A stretch of DNA of 64,000 nt, taken from the human T2T-CHM13v2.0 reference genome, Homo sapiens. Below are positions 14,051 to 30,446 of this stretch, piece by piece (the stretch's first letter is position 1; every line of letters starts with the position of its first letter). The DNA lies in assembly GCF_009914755.1 (NCBI RefSeq), contig NC_060928.1, one strand, 5' to 3'. The notes under the pieces are model-generated. The model saw only the letters and a program-made list of their open reading frames with translations. It did no database searches and was not told where the DNA came from. The translations under genes and the position numbers were made by a program.

Positions 14051-14213
14051 CAGTGGATCTCAATTTTTACTGTATATCAGAACCATCTGGGGGTTTTTAA
14101 CAGAACTATAGCTGCCCAGGCTCCATTCCTGCAGATTCTATTTCAACTGGTCTGGAGTCAGCATGCATGCTTTTTTCACAGCCCCCCAGATGCAGCTAGG
14201 GTTGCAAACCACT
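14051..14213. mobile_element. MER5A-like hAT-Charlie element
   Basis: Terminal inverted ends cagtggatctcaa ... ttgcaaaccactg with a MER5A-like interior. Confidence 0.75.
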
Positions 14214-16479
14214 GTCCAAGACGCTCTCACACTTTGGCTCAGTTCAACACACATTCATTGAGATGCTAAGCACTACGAATCGGGCTAAAACAAATCAGGC
14301 TCCACTCCCTAATAATATTGGCAAAGAAGCCAATCTCAGAGATTTATTCCAGTCCAAACCAAATAAATTGCCGGGTGAAACAAATACCCTGGTATAGGCT
14401 GCCATACAAAACAACTTCTTGTATCTTCCCGGTCAGTGGCCTAGGGACTGACTCTGAGCCATGAAAATTCAGAATCAGGGAAAAATGCCAGTCTGAGGCA
14501 TCTGCCACACTCCTAGCACACCCCCAAAAGCGCCCAGCTACATTTCACATCCACTGTCCTAACAGGAGTCGAAACAGGGAAAAGCAGTGCAATACAGAAA
14601 ACAGAGCCTGCTGGGAGTCAAAAGACTGGGGAATTCCAGTCCTAGCCCTGCTACCAACCGGCCTGGTCACTTCTCTCTGGTCTTGGTGTGGCCAACAGTT
14701 ACAGAGAGGGTGAGGCATAAAAACAAGAGATGTTAGGCAACCTCCAGAATTCAAAATACATAGAAATAAAAAAACATTAAGGTGATATCAAGGAATTTAT
14801 GCCATCAACCAGAAAAGTAACTGAAGTATTCCTTTTCCCATTCTTAAGAAATCAAAAGTGGAAGCAGAAAATTGAGCAATCAGCCTACCAAGTCAAGTGG
14901 GGCAACAGACTACACTCACGGATTCTGCTCACAACAGCGGGAGTAACAGACCAAAAGAAGAACTGCAGAGCATCCCTCTCTCCCCCGTTCACCCGTGCCA
15001 CGAGCACGTGAGTGCATCCACAGGCAGCACCCAGTCTCCTGTTCCACTGACTCCAGCGTCCACTCACTGCGAGCCTACTAAGTGGCCACATGTGCTATGA
15101 TGCTGTCTCATCTCGTCACCATAGACATCTCTGCTGGAGGTGAGTATGTGATAGACGAAAATCACGGAGGCCTAGGGAGGTTGAGACACGTATTCCCACT
15201 GCGGTGAGGGCGTGCTTGAGAGGCACCCCACGACTGGGCCCTCCATGCCACTCTCCTCAGTAATCACTCCCAGACCAGAGCACCGAGGGGTGGATCTTCT
15301 TCCTCTCACTTTTTTCAGCCCCTTGGCTGACCCAGCATTCCCCAGAAAGCTATCGAGTCCTGGCAGCTCTGAGGCCACAAAGCCATAAACGCACGGGACA
15401 CACAGCCCATCTGTCTCCAACGGGTCTTTTACTTGTCATGCTGGTCATTTCTATGAGCAGATGGGTTGAGAAAGACTTGGCAAGTTACCACGAAATGACC
15501 CCTCCACTCCTCCCTGGGGGAAGGCTGACTAGCGAGCCAGGACGGCTTTCTTCCCCCACTCCCTGCATTCCTGTCCCTAAGGAGCCAGAGACAATCCCAC
15601 CAAATATAGGCAGGAGCCAGCCGCCTCCTTCCTACAGCCGGAGGGGGGAAGGGTCCTCTTGGGCCTTTCTAAGTGCATGAAAACCAAACTGTGAGCTGTA
15701 CTGACCCGGGCCTCGCCCATGTTGCAGGCATGTACAACACAGGCGCCCAGTGATATCATCAGGCAGAACTATGAATGTGCTTTCTATCATTTTCATACAA
15801 TGATTCCAGAGCCGCTATTCACACAGCTCCACTTCTCACACAAATGACATGCTTTACGGATTGCACAGCATTTTCACCATGCCCCTCATCCGCTCCTCCC
15901 AGCAGCCTTGCGTGATCCCTTGAGTATGCTTCCTCATCTCCATTTTTTAAGAAATGGAGTTTCTGAGTTTATGAAACCAAAACTTTCCCAAGAATATCCA
16001 GCTAGTATTAGAACCAGGATATAAGGGCCTCTGATTCTAGAACCAGTACTTGTGTCACTATTCCACACGGGTCCCTCCAGGGATTTCTGCCTGATATTAA
16101 AATGCAGACAGCAAATCCATCTCTCTAGAGTCCTGGGGTTCTCCATAGACAAGAAGTAAATCTTCTAAGAGAAAGCTTACACTTATTTGGAAGGCTACCT
16201 GGGATATTTCTTTTAAGTTAGTTTGTTCATGTTTTGGAAAGATTGTTCCAATGGCAACACGGGGAATGAAATATAGAAAGGATTCCATGATAAGGCAGAG
16301 TTATTAGGTGGCTCTTACAACAGTTCAAATGCAGCATGAGGCGCAACCAGAAAGGACAGAGAGAAAATGCATTTGAAAGAAATGCAAAATGAAGTCCACA
16401 CAGACCCAGGATGGAAAAAAGGGTATTATGCATGATGGTGGTTTCTAGTTTGAAAGACCGATGAACAAGGACGTCATTA

Positions 16480-17180
16480 ACTATTGCAAAGTGGTATCCG
16501 GGACCTGGGTGCACCAGTTTGTTTAACCATTCACCTGCTGAGTGGTGTCCGGGCTGTTTCCAGTTTCTGGTGTTTTATAAATAATGCTGCTATGAACAGA
16601 TACATATGGCTTTTGTGTGAAGGTTAAGTCTTCATTTCTCTGGGATAACTGCCCATGAATGTGAGTGCTGCGTCCTATGGCAATTGCACATTTAGTTTTT
16701 TAAGAAACTGTCAAACTGTTTTCCAGAATGGCTGTGCCATCTTCCATTCCCGCCAGCCAAGTGTGAGTGATTCCGTTTCCCTGCATCCTCACCAGCATTT
16801 GGTTTTGTTATTACTTTTTATTTTAGCCATTCTGATAGGTGTATAGTGATGTGGCTTTAGCGTGCATTTTTCTGACGGCTAATGATGTTGAACATCTTTT
16901 CACTTGCTTATATGTTATCTGAAATGTCTCTTCATGTCTTTTACTCATTTTCAAAGTAGATGGTTTGGTTTTACTGCTAAATTTTGATAGTTCTTTATGT
17001 ATTACAGATATGAGTCCTTTATCAGACATGTGGCTTGCAATTAGTTTCTCCCAGTCTGTAGCTCCTCTTTTCATCTTTATTTTGCATTTTACATTTTAGT
17101 CCATGACCCATTTTGAGTTAATTTTTGTATGAGGTATGAGGTTTAGATCAGAGTTCAGGTTTTTTTTCTATGAATAATCA
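16480..17180 (-). mobile_element. Old L1 (L1M) fragment
   Basis: Reverse L1 phrases; ORF 16823..17074 resembles degenerate ORF2 C-terminus (WEKLIASHMSDKGLIS). Confidence 0.85.
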
Positions 17181-17191
17181 GGTAGACAGCA

Positions 17192-17437
17192 ATTTTTTTT
17201 AAGAGACAAGGTCTCACTCTGTCACCCAGGCTGGAATGCAATGACAAGATCATAGCTCACTGCAGCCTTGACTCTTGGGCTCAAGTTATCCTCCTGCCTC
17301 AGCCTCCTGGAGTAGCTGGGACCACAGGCAGGTGGCACCATGCCCAGTTAATTTTTTTAGTTTTTGTAGAGATAGGATCTTGTGCCATGTTATCCAGGCT
17401 GGTCTGCAACTCCTAGGCTCAAGTCATCATCCCACTT
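17192..17437 (-). mobile_element. Alu SINE (AluJ-like, truncated at its 5' end)
   Basis: Reverse Alu body. Confidence 0.9.
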
Positions 17438-17442
17438 ATATG

Positions 17443-17755
<313 letters not shown>

Positions 17756-18214
17756 TCACCCATATTAAAGATGGGTATTGTCTTTGTGAAACTTTAATTA
17801 CAATTATATAATGGACATGTAAAATGTCCAGCTTGAAAGTTTGAAAAACATATAACTCTAAGTATCCTTACCTTAAAATTCTGATTCCTACCTAAGATAT
17901 CACATACTGTTTACATAAGTATCACAATGCCTGGACAACAACTAAAAATGTGTAAGAGGAAGAAAATGAGCATGTATGCCTATTAATTAAGGTATATTTC
18001 CCACTTATTACATAAAAAAGTCATCACTGCAAACCCCTGTGACTGTATCTAAAGCAAGCCTAAAGTTTTACTTCTCTATATTATAAAATGCAAAGCTAAA
18101 ATTCAAATACTACACATTTCCTGAAGCCAAGTTTAGTTAAAATAAATGCCTAGGGTCTATATCAAAAATATGAAAAAGCTAGCTGCTTCATAGCCATTCC
18201 AATCTAAGTTCAGC

Positions 18215-19738
<1,524 letters not shown>

Positions 19739-22504
19739 CGGTTGGGTGTGGTGACTCCAACCTGTAAGCCCAGGTACTCAGAACGCTGAGGAAGCAGGAC
19801 TGCTTGAGCCTAGACCAGCCCAGGCAACAGAGCAAAACCCCATCTAAAAAAAAAAAAGAAGAAGAAGAAGGAAAAAGAAATATCTGTGTCTGTTCAGCTT
19901 TTTGACCTCCAAAAGTTAAGAGCCCATTTTGGAACCAGACGACCTGCCTGATTCAGAGACAATCTGTGTTTAGTTCTATGCTGCTACTTTCTAATGTGAC
20001 TTTGGGAAGGTCCCTTAACCACTTTGAGCTCAACTTCCTCAACATTAACCAGGAATAAGTACCACCTGCTTCTGCTGGTTAAGGCTGAGGACTGAAAGGA
20101 GAACCCCCACAAAACCACTTCACAAAGCCGCCCTGCGGCAAGCCCCTCAATGGAGAGTAGCTGGTATGATCATTTGAAACTAAGTACAACTTTCTTTCTC
20201 ACTTTCCCAGGCTCATTCTACATACAATTAGCAAGGAATAGCGGATAAAGGAAACCAAAATAATTACTTAATTTTTAATAAGAATTTTTTTAAAAGTGGG
20301 GGTGGTGGAAAAATAGGAGGGAGAGGACGGGAAAGAAAAGCAGCCAGTCACAAGTTCTAGTCCAGGGCTCATCCCCGGCCTCCTCATACGCAATCACCAG
20401 TCCCCACCTGCTGGGGAGAGGCACTTCCTCGGCTGGCTTCACCCATCTGGAAGGCACTGCCTTAGGTGTTCAGATACCAGGAGCACCTTGAAATGGGCAA
20501 TGTGCTTTGGGTAGGAGACCTGCAATTTCCCCAAAGAAACCACGGCACAAAAGTGACCCACAAAGGACGTACCAACTGCTGTAAATACTTGGTGGCAAAA
20601 ACTGATGTCGTGCCTTCTGTACAGGAGACACATACCCAAATAAAACTTGCCAAAATAGCAGAGAAAACAATACAGCAGACATCCAGTGCCATTCTGTTAC
20701 AGAAATATTTATATCCCAAAGGCAGGGACCTCTCTGGGACACCGTCTTTATTTCCAAGTTTCATGGAGGATGTCTGATTGCACTCACTTGCGTCTCAAAA
20801 AGCTTTCAGCCCCTGCTCTAAACCCTGTGGCTCCTCAGCAAAACCCAAAAACAAGTATCAATTTTCCTTCCAAATGGGAAATTTCCTGACCCAGCGAAAC
20901 CAGCATCAAGTCCACTTACTATTATAGCTGATTATAGGTGAAGCCCTCTAGTCCCAGGATGACTCCCCTCCCCCTCCTGAAGGAGTGGGAAGGGTGGGCA
21001 TAGCACTGGCCTTCCAGACCACACCTCCAAGCAGTTTGAAACCATGGCTGCTCAGGTGAGCCATGATAAAAATCAAAACCAAGCATCTCTGAAAAGTGTA
21101 CATGTCAAGAACCAGACCTCGGACCAGACTCAGCAGAAAGGGATGTTGCAAGGTTTGTCCAGAGACCTCCTCTTCATGCCCTCTCTCCCTGGGACCTCCC
21201 TCCTTGCACTAGGGGCCCAGGGCCAGTGGACCTCTCCCTTTACCTCTAGCCCAGTGCATTTTCAGGAACAGCTCCCGGACTGTACCAGACACTGAATGTA
21301 TTCACTGAATGCACTATTTCTTGAAATGATCGTAAATCACCTGATTATAACAACTGTTTTAAAAGTGTTCTCTCTCTCTCTCTCAGGAATAGTGCCATGA
21401 GTTTGAGCAAGCAGCTTTGCTTCTCTCTACTGCAATTCTATCATTTGCAAAATGTTAACAATTACTGTGTTCACCCATAGCACTGTTGTAAAAAGCCTTA
21501 AGACTCATTTCATGTAGCCCGCCTGGCGCACAGACCCTGTCACATGGTAAATGCCCACTGAAGGTGAGTTATCTTTAGCTATCATTACCTAGCACTCCAG
21601 CGAACAAAAGGAGTCAATCAGGTCTCACTGTATCGTCATGAAAGGATATCCATGTAGACTGCTGAGTGGGGGTAGGGGGACTCAATGTTTATCAGTACTA
21701 TTTTGTTTTTTACAAAGTGTACATATATATTTGTAGGTACACTGGAAAAGATCTGGAAGGAAATACACCCAGTGTTATTAGTGACTACCCCAAAGACACA
21801 TTCATCCAAACACAAAAGAAACACACTCACTTTCTGTCTTCCATATCATTTGAACTATTTTTAATGAGCATCTATTGCTTTTGTAAAGTTTTTGAAAGGA
21901 ATTTATTGCAATTTTTCTGGAGAAACAAGCAGATGCATGAAGAAGGCGGAAACAGAAGGTAAAATGGAATGAGCCTCAGAATCCAGGCCAGGCTCAGCAT
22001 GCACATGAACCACGCACCTCTCACTACAACTCAACACCAGCTCTCTCTTCTCTTGGTCCAATGGCCCAAAACTTAGAGATAAAATGTCTATTGTGATCAC
22101 ATCAATCCCACCAAGGAGTTTGGAACCACCCTTCCAAACTCCTCTGGTTCTGTGTACCTGCCCGGGGCTATTAGCTTTCCTCCTGCGTCTTTCACTGCAC
22201 TGCAATCCCCTAGAGGTGGAAACGCAACCTGACACTTAGTCATCATCCCCACAACACTCAGCACCGCAAAGAGACCAGGGCAGTGATGCCCACTCCGACT
22301 GTCATTCTACTTATAAAGCAAAGGACCACGGGATAGATGGGACTTGTCTTTGGTAACTCACCAGCTGTTGCTTGAACCAGAACAAAGCCAGGTCTCCTGA
22401 TGCCCAGAAAAGAACTAGTGCACAGCCCCCTAGAAACATGGTGGAAATGTTTTGCTTGCTGTGAAAAGATGCACTACTGGAGAAGATGGGTGCAACTTCT
22501 CATG

Positions 22505-23725
22505 GAGCCACTCGGCCCAGATCACCAGGAAACAGGGCTGCCGGAAGAGACACTCGGCCCAGGTCACCAGGAAACAGGGCTGCCAGATGAGACACTCGGC
22601 CCAGGTCACCAGGAAACAGGGCTGCCAGATGAGACATTCGGCCCAGGTCACCAGGAAACAGGGCTGTGGATGAGACACTCAGCCCAGGTCACCCGCAAAC
22701 AGGGCTGCCGGAAGAGACACTCAGCCCAGGTCACCAGGAAACAGGGCTGCCGGATGAGACACTCGGCCCAGGTCACCCGCAAACAGGGCTGCCGGAAGAG
22801 ACACTCGGCCCAGGTCACCCACAAACAGGGCTGCCGGATGAGACATTCGGCCCAGGTCACCCGCAAACAGGGCTGCCGGAAGAGACACTCGGCCCAGGTC
22901 ACCCACAAACAGGGCTGCCAGATGAGACACTCGGCCCAGATCACCCGCAAACAGGGCTGCCGGAAGAGACACTCGGCCCAGGTCACCAGGAAACAGGGCT
23001 GCCGGATGAGACACTCGGCCCAGGTCACCCGCAAACAGGGCTGCGGATAAGACACTCGGCCCAGGTCACCAGGAAACAGGGCTGTGGATGAGACACTCGG
23101 CCCAGGTCACCAAGAAACAGGGCTGCCGGAAGAGACACTCGGCCCAGGTCACCAGGAAACAGGGCTGTTGGAAGAGACACTCGGCCCAGGTCACCCGCAA
23201 ACAGGGCTGAGACGCTCGGCCCAGGTCACCAGGAAACAGGGCTGCCGGAAGAGACACTCGGCCCAGGTCACCAGGAAACAGGGCTGCCAGATGAGACACT
23301 CGGCCCAGGTCACCAGGAAACAGGGCTGCCAGAAGAGACACTCGGCCCAGGTCACCAGGAAACAGGGCTGCCAGATGAGACACTCGGCCCAGGTCACCAG
23401 GAAACAGGGCTGCCAGATGAGACACTCGGCCCAGGTCACCAGGAAACAGGGCTGTTGGAAGAGACACTAGGCCCAGGTCACCAGGAAACAGGGCTGCGGA
23501 TGAGACACTCGGCCCAGGTCACCAGGAAACAGGGCTGCCAGAAGAGACACTCGGCCCAGGTCACCAAGAAACAGGGCTGCTGGATGAGACACTCGGCCCA
23601 GGTCACCAAGAAACAGGGCTGCCGGAAGAGACACTCGGCCCAGGTCACCAAGAAACAGGGCTGCCAGATGAGACACTAGGCCCAGATCACTAGAAAAACA
23701 GGGCTGCAGATGAGACACTCAGCCC
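22505..23725. repeat. Minisatellite, 42-bp unit GAGACACTCGGCCCAGGTCACCAGGAAACAGGGCTGCCGGAA, ~29 copies
   Basis: Directly visible tandem array; 14-aa periodicity in the overlapping ORFs. Confidence 0.97.
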
Positions 23726-24201
23726 GGCCCCCGGAAAGGGAATCTGACTGAGCAGTGGAGGGAAATTCACACAGATTATCCCGGCCCAACGGCGGCAACA
23801 ACATCAACAAAACAAAAAATACCTGACTGGAAAGCCGAAGCCTGGCTAGCAAATGCAAAACAGAGCCACAATCCTAGCAGCACGCATCACTGCAACACAG
23901 AGCTTCAGTCAGCGTCTGTACACTTCAGGTAGAAATGTAAAATGTCTGTGTTTTTGGAACAAGGGGGCTATTTTTGTGGTGTGTGATGTGTCATTTTATA
24001 TGGCTGAATGGAACCTGTGTTTTCATTAAACAGGTCCTACACAAACGTTTAGTAGAATCTAAGAAATGACATTTCTGAGCCGATTGAGTTCTTATCAGAA
24101 CATACGAATATCCAGCCCTAAGAACAATAAACAAGCCATGTGCGAAAGAGCTTTGGGATTTTCTGTTTCACTGAATGAAACCTGCGGATTTTTTGTTTAG
24201 T

Positions 24202-24838
24202 CTTTTATTTTTTTTTAATTTTTAAGTTCTGGGGTACACGTGCAGGATGTGCAGGTTTGTTACATAGGTAAATGTGTGCCATGGTGGTTTGCTGCACCTA
24301 TCAACCCATCACCTAGGTATTGAGCCCAGCCAGCATGCATTAGCTGTTTTTCCTAACACTCTCCCTCCCCTCGCCCCACCCCCAACAGGCCCCAGAGTGT
24401 GTTGTTCCCCTCCCTGTGTCCATGTGTTCTCATTGTTCAGCTCCCACTTATAAGTAAGAACACATGGTGTTTGGTTTTCCATTTCTGCCTTAGTTTGCTG
24501 AGGATAATGGCTTCCAGCTCCATCCATGTCCCTGCAAAGGACATGATCTTGTTCCTTTTGATGGCTGAATAGTATTCCATGGTGTGTATGTACCACATTT
24601 TCTTTAGTCTATCATTGATGGGCATTTGGGTTGATTCCCTGTCTTTGCTACTGTGAACAGTGCTGCAATGAACATACGCATACATGTATCTTTGTAACAT
24701 AATGACTTGTATTCCTTTGGATATATACCCGGTAATGGGATTGCTGAGTCAAATGGTATTTCTGGTTCTAGATCTTTGAGGAATCGCCACACTGTCTTCC
24801 ACAACAGTTGAACTAATTTACATTCCCACCAACAGTAT
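24202..24838 (-). mobile_element. L1PA-type 3' end, 5'-truncated (~640 bp)
   Basis: Canonical reverse L1PA 3' UTR and ORF2 C-terminus (WYIHTMEYYSAIKRNKIMSFAGTWMELEAIILS). Confidence 0.93.
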
Positions 24839-25746
24839 TTGAATTTGGCCATTTTGAATTGAATGGTGTTAATTCCTAGATCATAAATATATTTATATAC
24901 ACACACAATTCATATTCAACCCATATACTCTATCTGGAAAGTTTAACAATATCCAAATTATTGTGCGCTAACTTTTTGGATAAAATTTGTAACTTCTAAT
25001 GCAAAGGTCCGTATTTGGGGTCATCTTTCTCTGGTGACGACAAAAACTAGTGGCCTTATGGGCAGTTTTTAATGCTGTAACTATAATAAATGAAAGAAGG
25101 AAAGATAATTATCAAGGAAGAGAGCTAACTGCTAAACTACACTTGCTTCCCCAATCTTCAAAGTTATACGGAAAATATAATTAACTAAACACAAAAGACA
25201 TTCACAAGGTCAAAGGGTTACTAACAAAGCTACCAACCTTTCTCTTACCAAAGAAACTGCAATCCCTAAAAGACAAATAGCCTGGGCTTCTTCCTTCGAA
25301 TCTCTATTTTGAAAGGTCTGAAAAGTCGAAAGACAATTTCGATATGTTCGAGACTAAAAAACAGAAATGTATATTGTTTCATAATCTAAACTGTTTACAG
25401 GTCTGTCCCAGACTCTCAAGAAAAAAATTCCCTAAACCTGAAAAATATCTTCTACAGAAAAGGTTTATAGTCTAGGAGAGGGACTAAATAGTACATAATT
25501 ACAGTATTAACTTGTCAAAAGCTAAATATATAAACTATATATTATATATATTTTTGTAGGTATACCTATATATCCATAAATAAATAAATAAATATGGGTT
25601 TTTTTAATACCAGTTTGCCTCCAAAGAAAATGCATTTTCAAATTAGAAGACTAAATTCAGGTCCTGAGTGAACCACACATCCTATGAGACCAGGTAGATG
25701 ACCTATCTAATCTCTCTCAGCTTCAGTTTCCTACCCTATAAAATGA

Positions 25747-26128
<382 letters not shown>

Positions 26129-26404
26129 TAGAAATAGGCGCCCTTACACATTGACAGTGAGATAATGGTACAATCCTAACGGAAGGGAATCCAGCAATAC
26201 CCATCAACATTTAAAATGCGCAGAACCTTGGATCCTACAATTCCATTTCTAGCAATGCATCCTATGCACATATTCACGCAAATATGCAAGAATTACATAC
26301 AACTCAGCATTGATTAATCCAAACGGTTGGGAACAACCTAAATACTTAGCAATGGGGAACTGGTGGAGAACAGTGTTTATCTTATGCCAACATCTGTGTT
26401 TTTA

Positions 26405-26719
<315 letters not shown>

Positions 26720-27277
26720 TCACAGGGCAATGATGGGAGTAGGACTTCCTTTCACTCTCCAGGACCTTTTGAATGTTGCTCCATCGCTCATATTACATAT
26801 TCAAAATATACGACTATAGTAAATATTTTCAATGTAACTGTGAAAAAATGGGGGAATAATAATACCTAACACACAGGACTGCTGTGTAATTAAAGGACAA
26901 AAAACATTAAGTACTATCAGAGTTCAAAGGAAGAAAAATTAATTCTAGCTTGGATGTCAGAGCAGGGATCATGTAAAGGAAGTGAGTATTTCAAGTCTTG
27001 AAGGATGGAGAAGATTTAAGGAGGTAGAAGTGTGGAGATGATGTCCCAGATGGAGATAAGAACATAGGCGAAGAAGATGAAGAGACGAGAAAGTATAAAT
27101 TCTAAGTGCAGCTCTCAGGCTGGGCTTCAGAACAGGGCTTAGGCAACAAGCTGGAGTGCAAGGTTGATGACAGGAATGGAAACACTGAAACCCAAACTTG
27201 CATATCATGCCCAGATCATGAGCCTTGAATGCCAAGCCGGGGAACCTGTCCTTGATCTTAACAATGAAAAATCACTG

Positions 27278-27585
27278 GGCCGGGTGCGGCGGCTCATGCC
27301 TGTAATCCCAGCGCTTTCAGAGGCTGAGGTGAGAGGACTGCTTGAGGCCAGGAGTTTGAAACCACTCTGGACAACACAGCAAGACCCTGTCCTTACAAAA
27401 AAATTTAAAAATTAGCTAGGCATGGTAGCACACCTGTAGTCCCAGCTACTCAGGAGCTACTCAGGAGGCTGGGGCAGGAGGATCACTTGAGCCCAGGAAT
27501 TTAGGGTTACAGTGAGCTATGATGGCACTCCTGCATTCCAGCCTGAGCAACAGAGCAAGGACATGTCTCAAAAATAAAATAAAAT
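27278..27585 (+). mobile_element. Alu SINE (AluJ-like)
   Basis: Full dimer; small duplication agctactcagg x2. Confidence 0.9.
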
Positions 27586-27837
27586 GAACAAAAAATCACT
27601 AAGAATTTGTATAGACATAAAGCAGAAAATCATACCATATATGATTTAATGCAGATATATAAGGTAAATGAGAGAGGGAAAAGAGAAATTAGGAAGCTAT
27701 TATAAGAAGACTCAATTAAGACATAAGCAAAGGCCCTGGGCTCACAGCACTATCTTTATATAAAGGAATGGACTACCACATTTATTTTCATGGCATCACC
27801 AACTTAAATACAGGCTATAGTATTCTGGAACCATCTC

Positions 27838-28504
<667 letters not shown>

Positions 28505-29210
28505 ATGTCTTTTCAATCCTGTTAAACAAACAACCAAATGAGCAGGAGAAAAGGTACCTTATATGCAAACAAGTCAGTACTTTTTATATTTCTGCTAACA
28601 CATTAAGGTCAATTTAAAATGTCTGATAGCAAGAGTCAGAAGCAGAGATAAATGAAAGTTAGTGATGCTGCATTTTAGGCCCACATTTAGTTGTCTTTCA
28701 ATGACATTGTGGCAGAAAGAATACTGCTTTCTATTCCTGGTTTTGCCACCAAAAAAGCTGGAACGTTTCCCTGTAGTTCCGTTTATCTTTAAAATCACTG
28801 GGCTGACCTAGCAAACCTCCAAGGTCCCTTCCATTCACAAATTCCACAAATAACTTCCTACCAACAAAGGTTACACAAATAAACTACACTGATGAAGTGG
28901 AAAAGCTAACACTAACAAACAATGAGATGCACAAAAGACAAGATGTATAGAGAACTGGATCAACCACATACTGGTGGACGATGAGCCAGCGGTGGATCAA
29001 AACAGATTCCCTAACGATGGACAGACAGGCAATGGCGCCTAGGTACTATTGTTGAAGATTTCCTATTTTAAATCTTCAAGATAAATGGCCCAGTTGTTTC
29101 TATTCACTCTGATTAAATGTGAACGTGAAAACTGCTTCCAGGGGACACAGACATCTAAAAAATTCCCAGTGTATCCAATTTGTCATTTGATATTTTTACT
29201 GACAAGAAAA

Positions 29211-29735
29211 ATGAGGGACTGAATATCCAAACAGACCATGCCTGACCATGTGTATAAAGACAGAACTCAGACCACAACCTGCAGCTGCCCGCCCAGGACA
29301 CCAACCCCCTATCTACAGTAAACAGCCAGGAGGCCAGCCAGGCTAGCACATCAGACAGGAAGCCAGACTCTTCTCTCTCGACAACCCAGAAAGCTAAATG
29401 ACAACTCTGTCCCACGTGGCCAGGACTTGACTCAAAACCAACAGCCACCCTAATTTTGGCCCGTTTCCCAGTTAGGATCATTCAGAGAAAGCCAAATACG
29501 CCCCTAACCAATCACATAGGACACCCCACTTCTGCAGAGCCACCTCCAGCCCCCACAACAGCCTCCACCGGGAGCCGTTCTTTTCCATCCTGAAGCTTCC
29601 CCACTCCTCATCTGCCACTCACTTGCATGTGAGTCTCTGCCACATGCAAGTGACGACACCGACTCCCTTGCCACAGCAGCTCTGAGAAAGTCAACTCTGC
29701 CTGTCCTCATAGGGTCGGCCTTCCTTTATTTCCCC
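29211..29735 (+). mobile_element. ERV1-class solo LTR (MER90/MER89-like)
   Basis: gagaaagccaaatacgcccctaaccaatcacatagg and gactcccttgccacagcagctctga resemble this LTR group; subfamily is from memory. Confidence 0.6.
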
Positions 29736-29983
29736 CAAAGAATAAGTCTTAAATGAGGGGCTTCTCTCTGTATGACCAAGCTATAGAATTCAGAAGCCCA
29801 GCGTGGCAGATTCCAAGCCTGGAGAGACCATATACCCCTCAGGTCCTCTTTCCACAAAACGCGGCTTCCTTGAGTTCTTCAGTCACTCCCCACCAACCAG
29901 GGAAGGAACCACATGTTATGGAAAGATCAAGGGCCTTGAAGTCAAACTTCTGAGTTCATCCAGTACTTCATCTTTCCACTTTA

Positions 29984-30446
<463 letters not shown>

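Noticed and set aside
14327-14334. TTGGC...GCCAA resembling an NFI site near 14318-14333
   Set aside because: Spacer is 6 nt rather than the canonical 5.
20439-20830. Overlapping ~100-aa ORFs in unique sequence and a CAA|GTGAGT donor near 20788
   Set aside because: No recognisable protein similarity, and the matching acceptor is weak.
22400-23718. Many long ORFs with 14-aa repeats on both strands, and superficial CRISPR-like periodicity
   Set aside because: Products of the 42-bp VNTR, broken by 41-bp units; there are no unique spacers and no cas genes, and the DNA is primate.
24309-24906. ORFs resembling a real protein C-terminus
   Set aside because: Frameshifted L1 ORF2 remnants of a truncated element.
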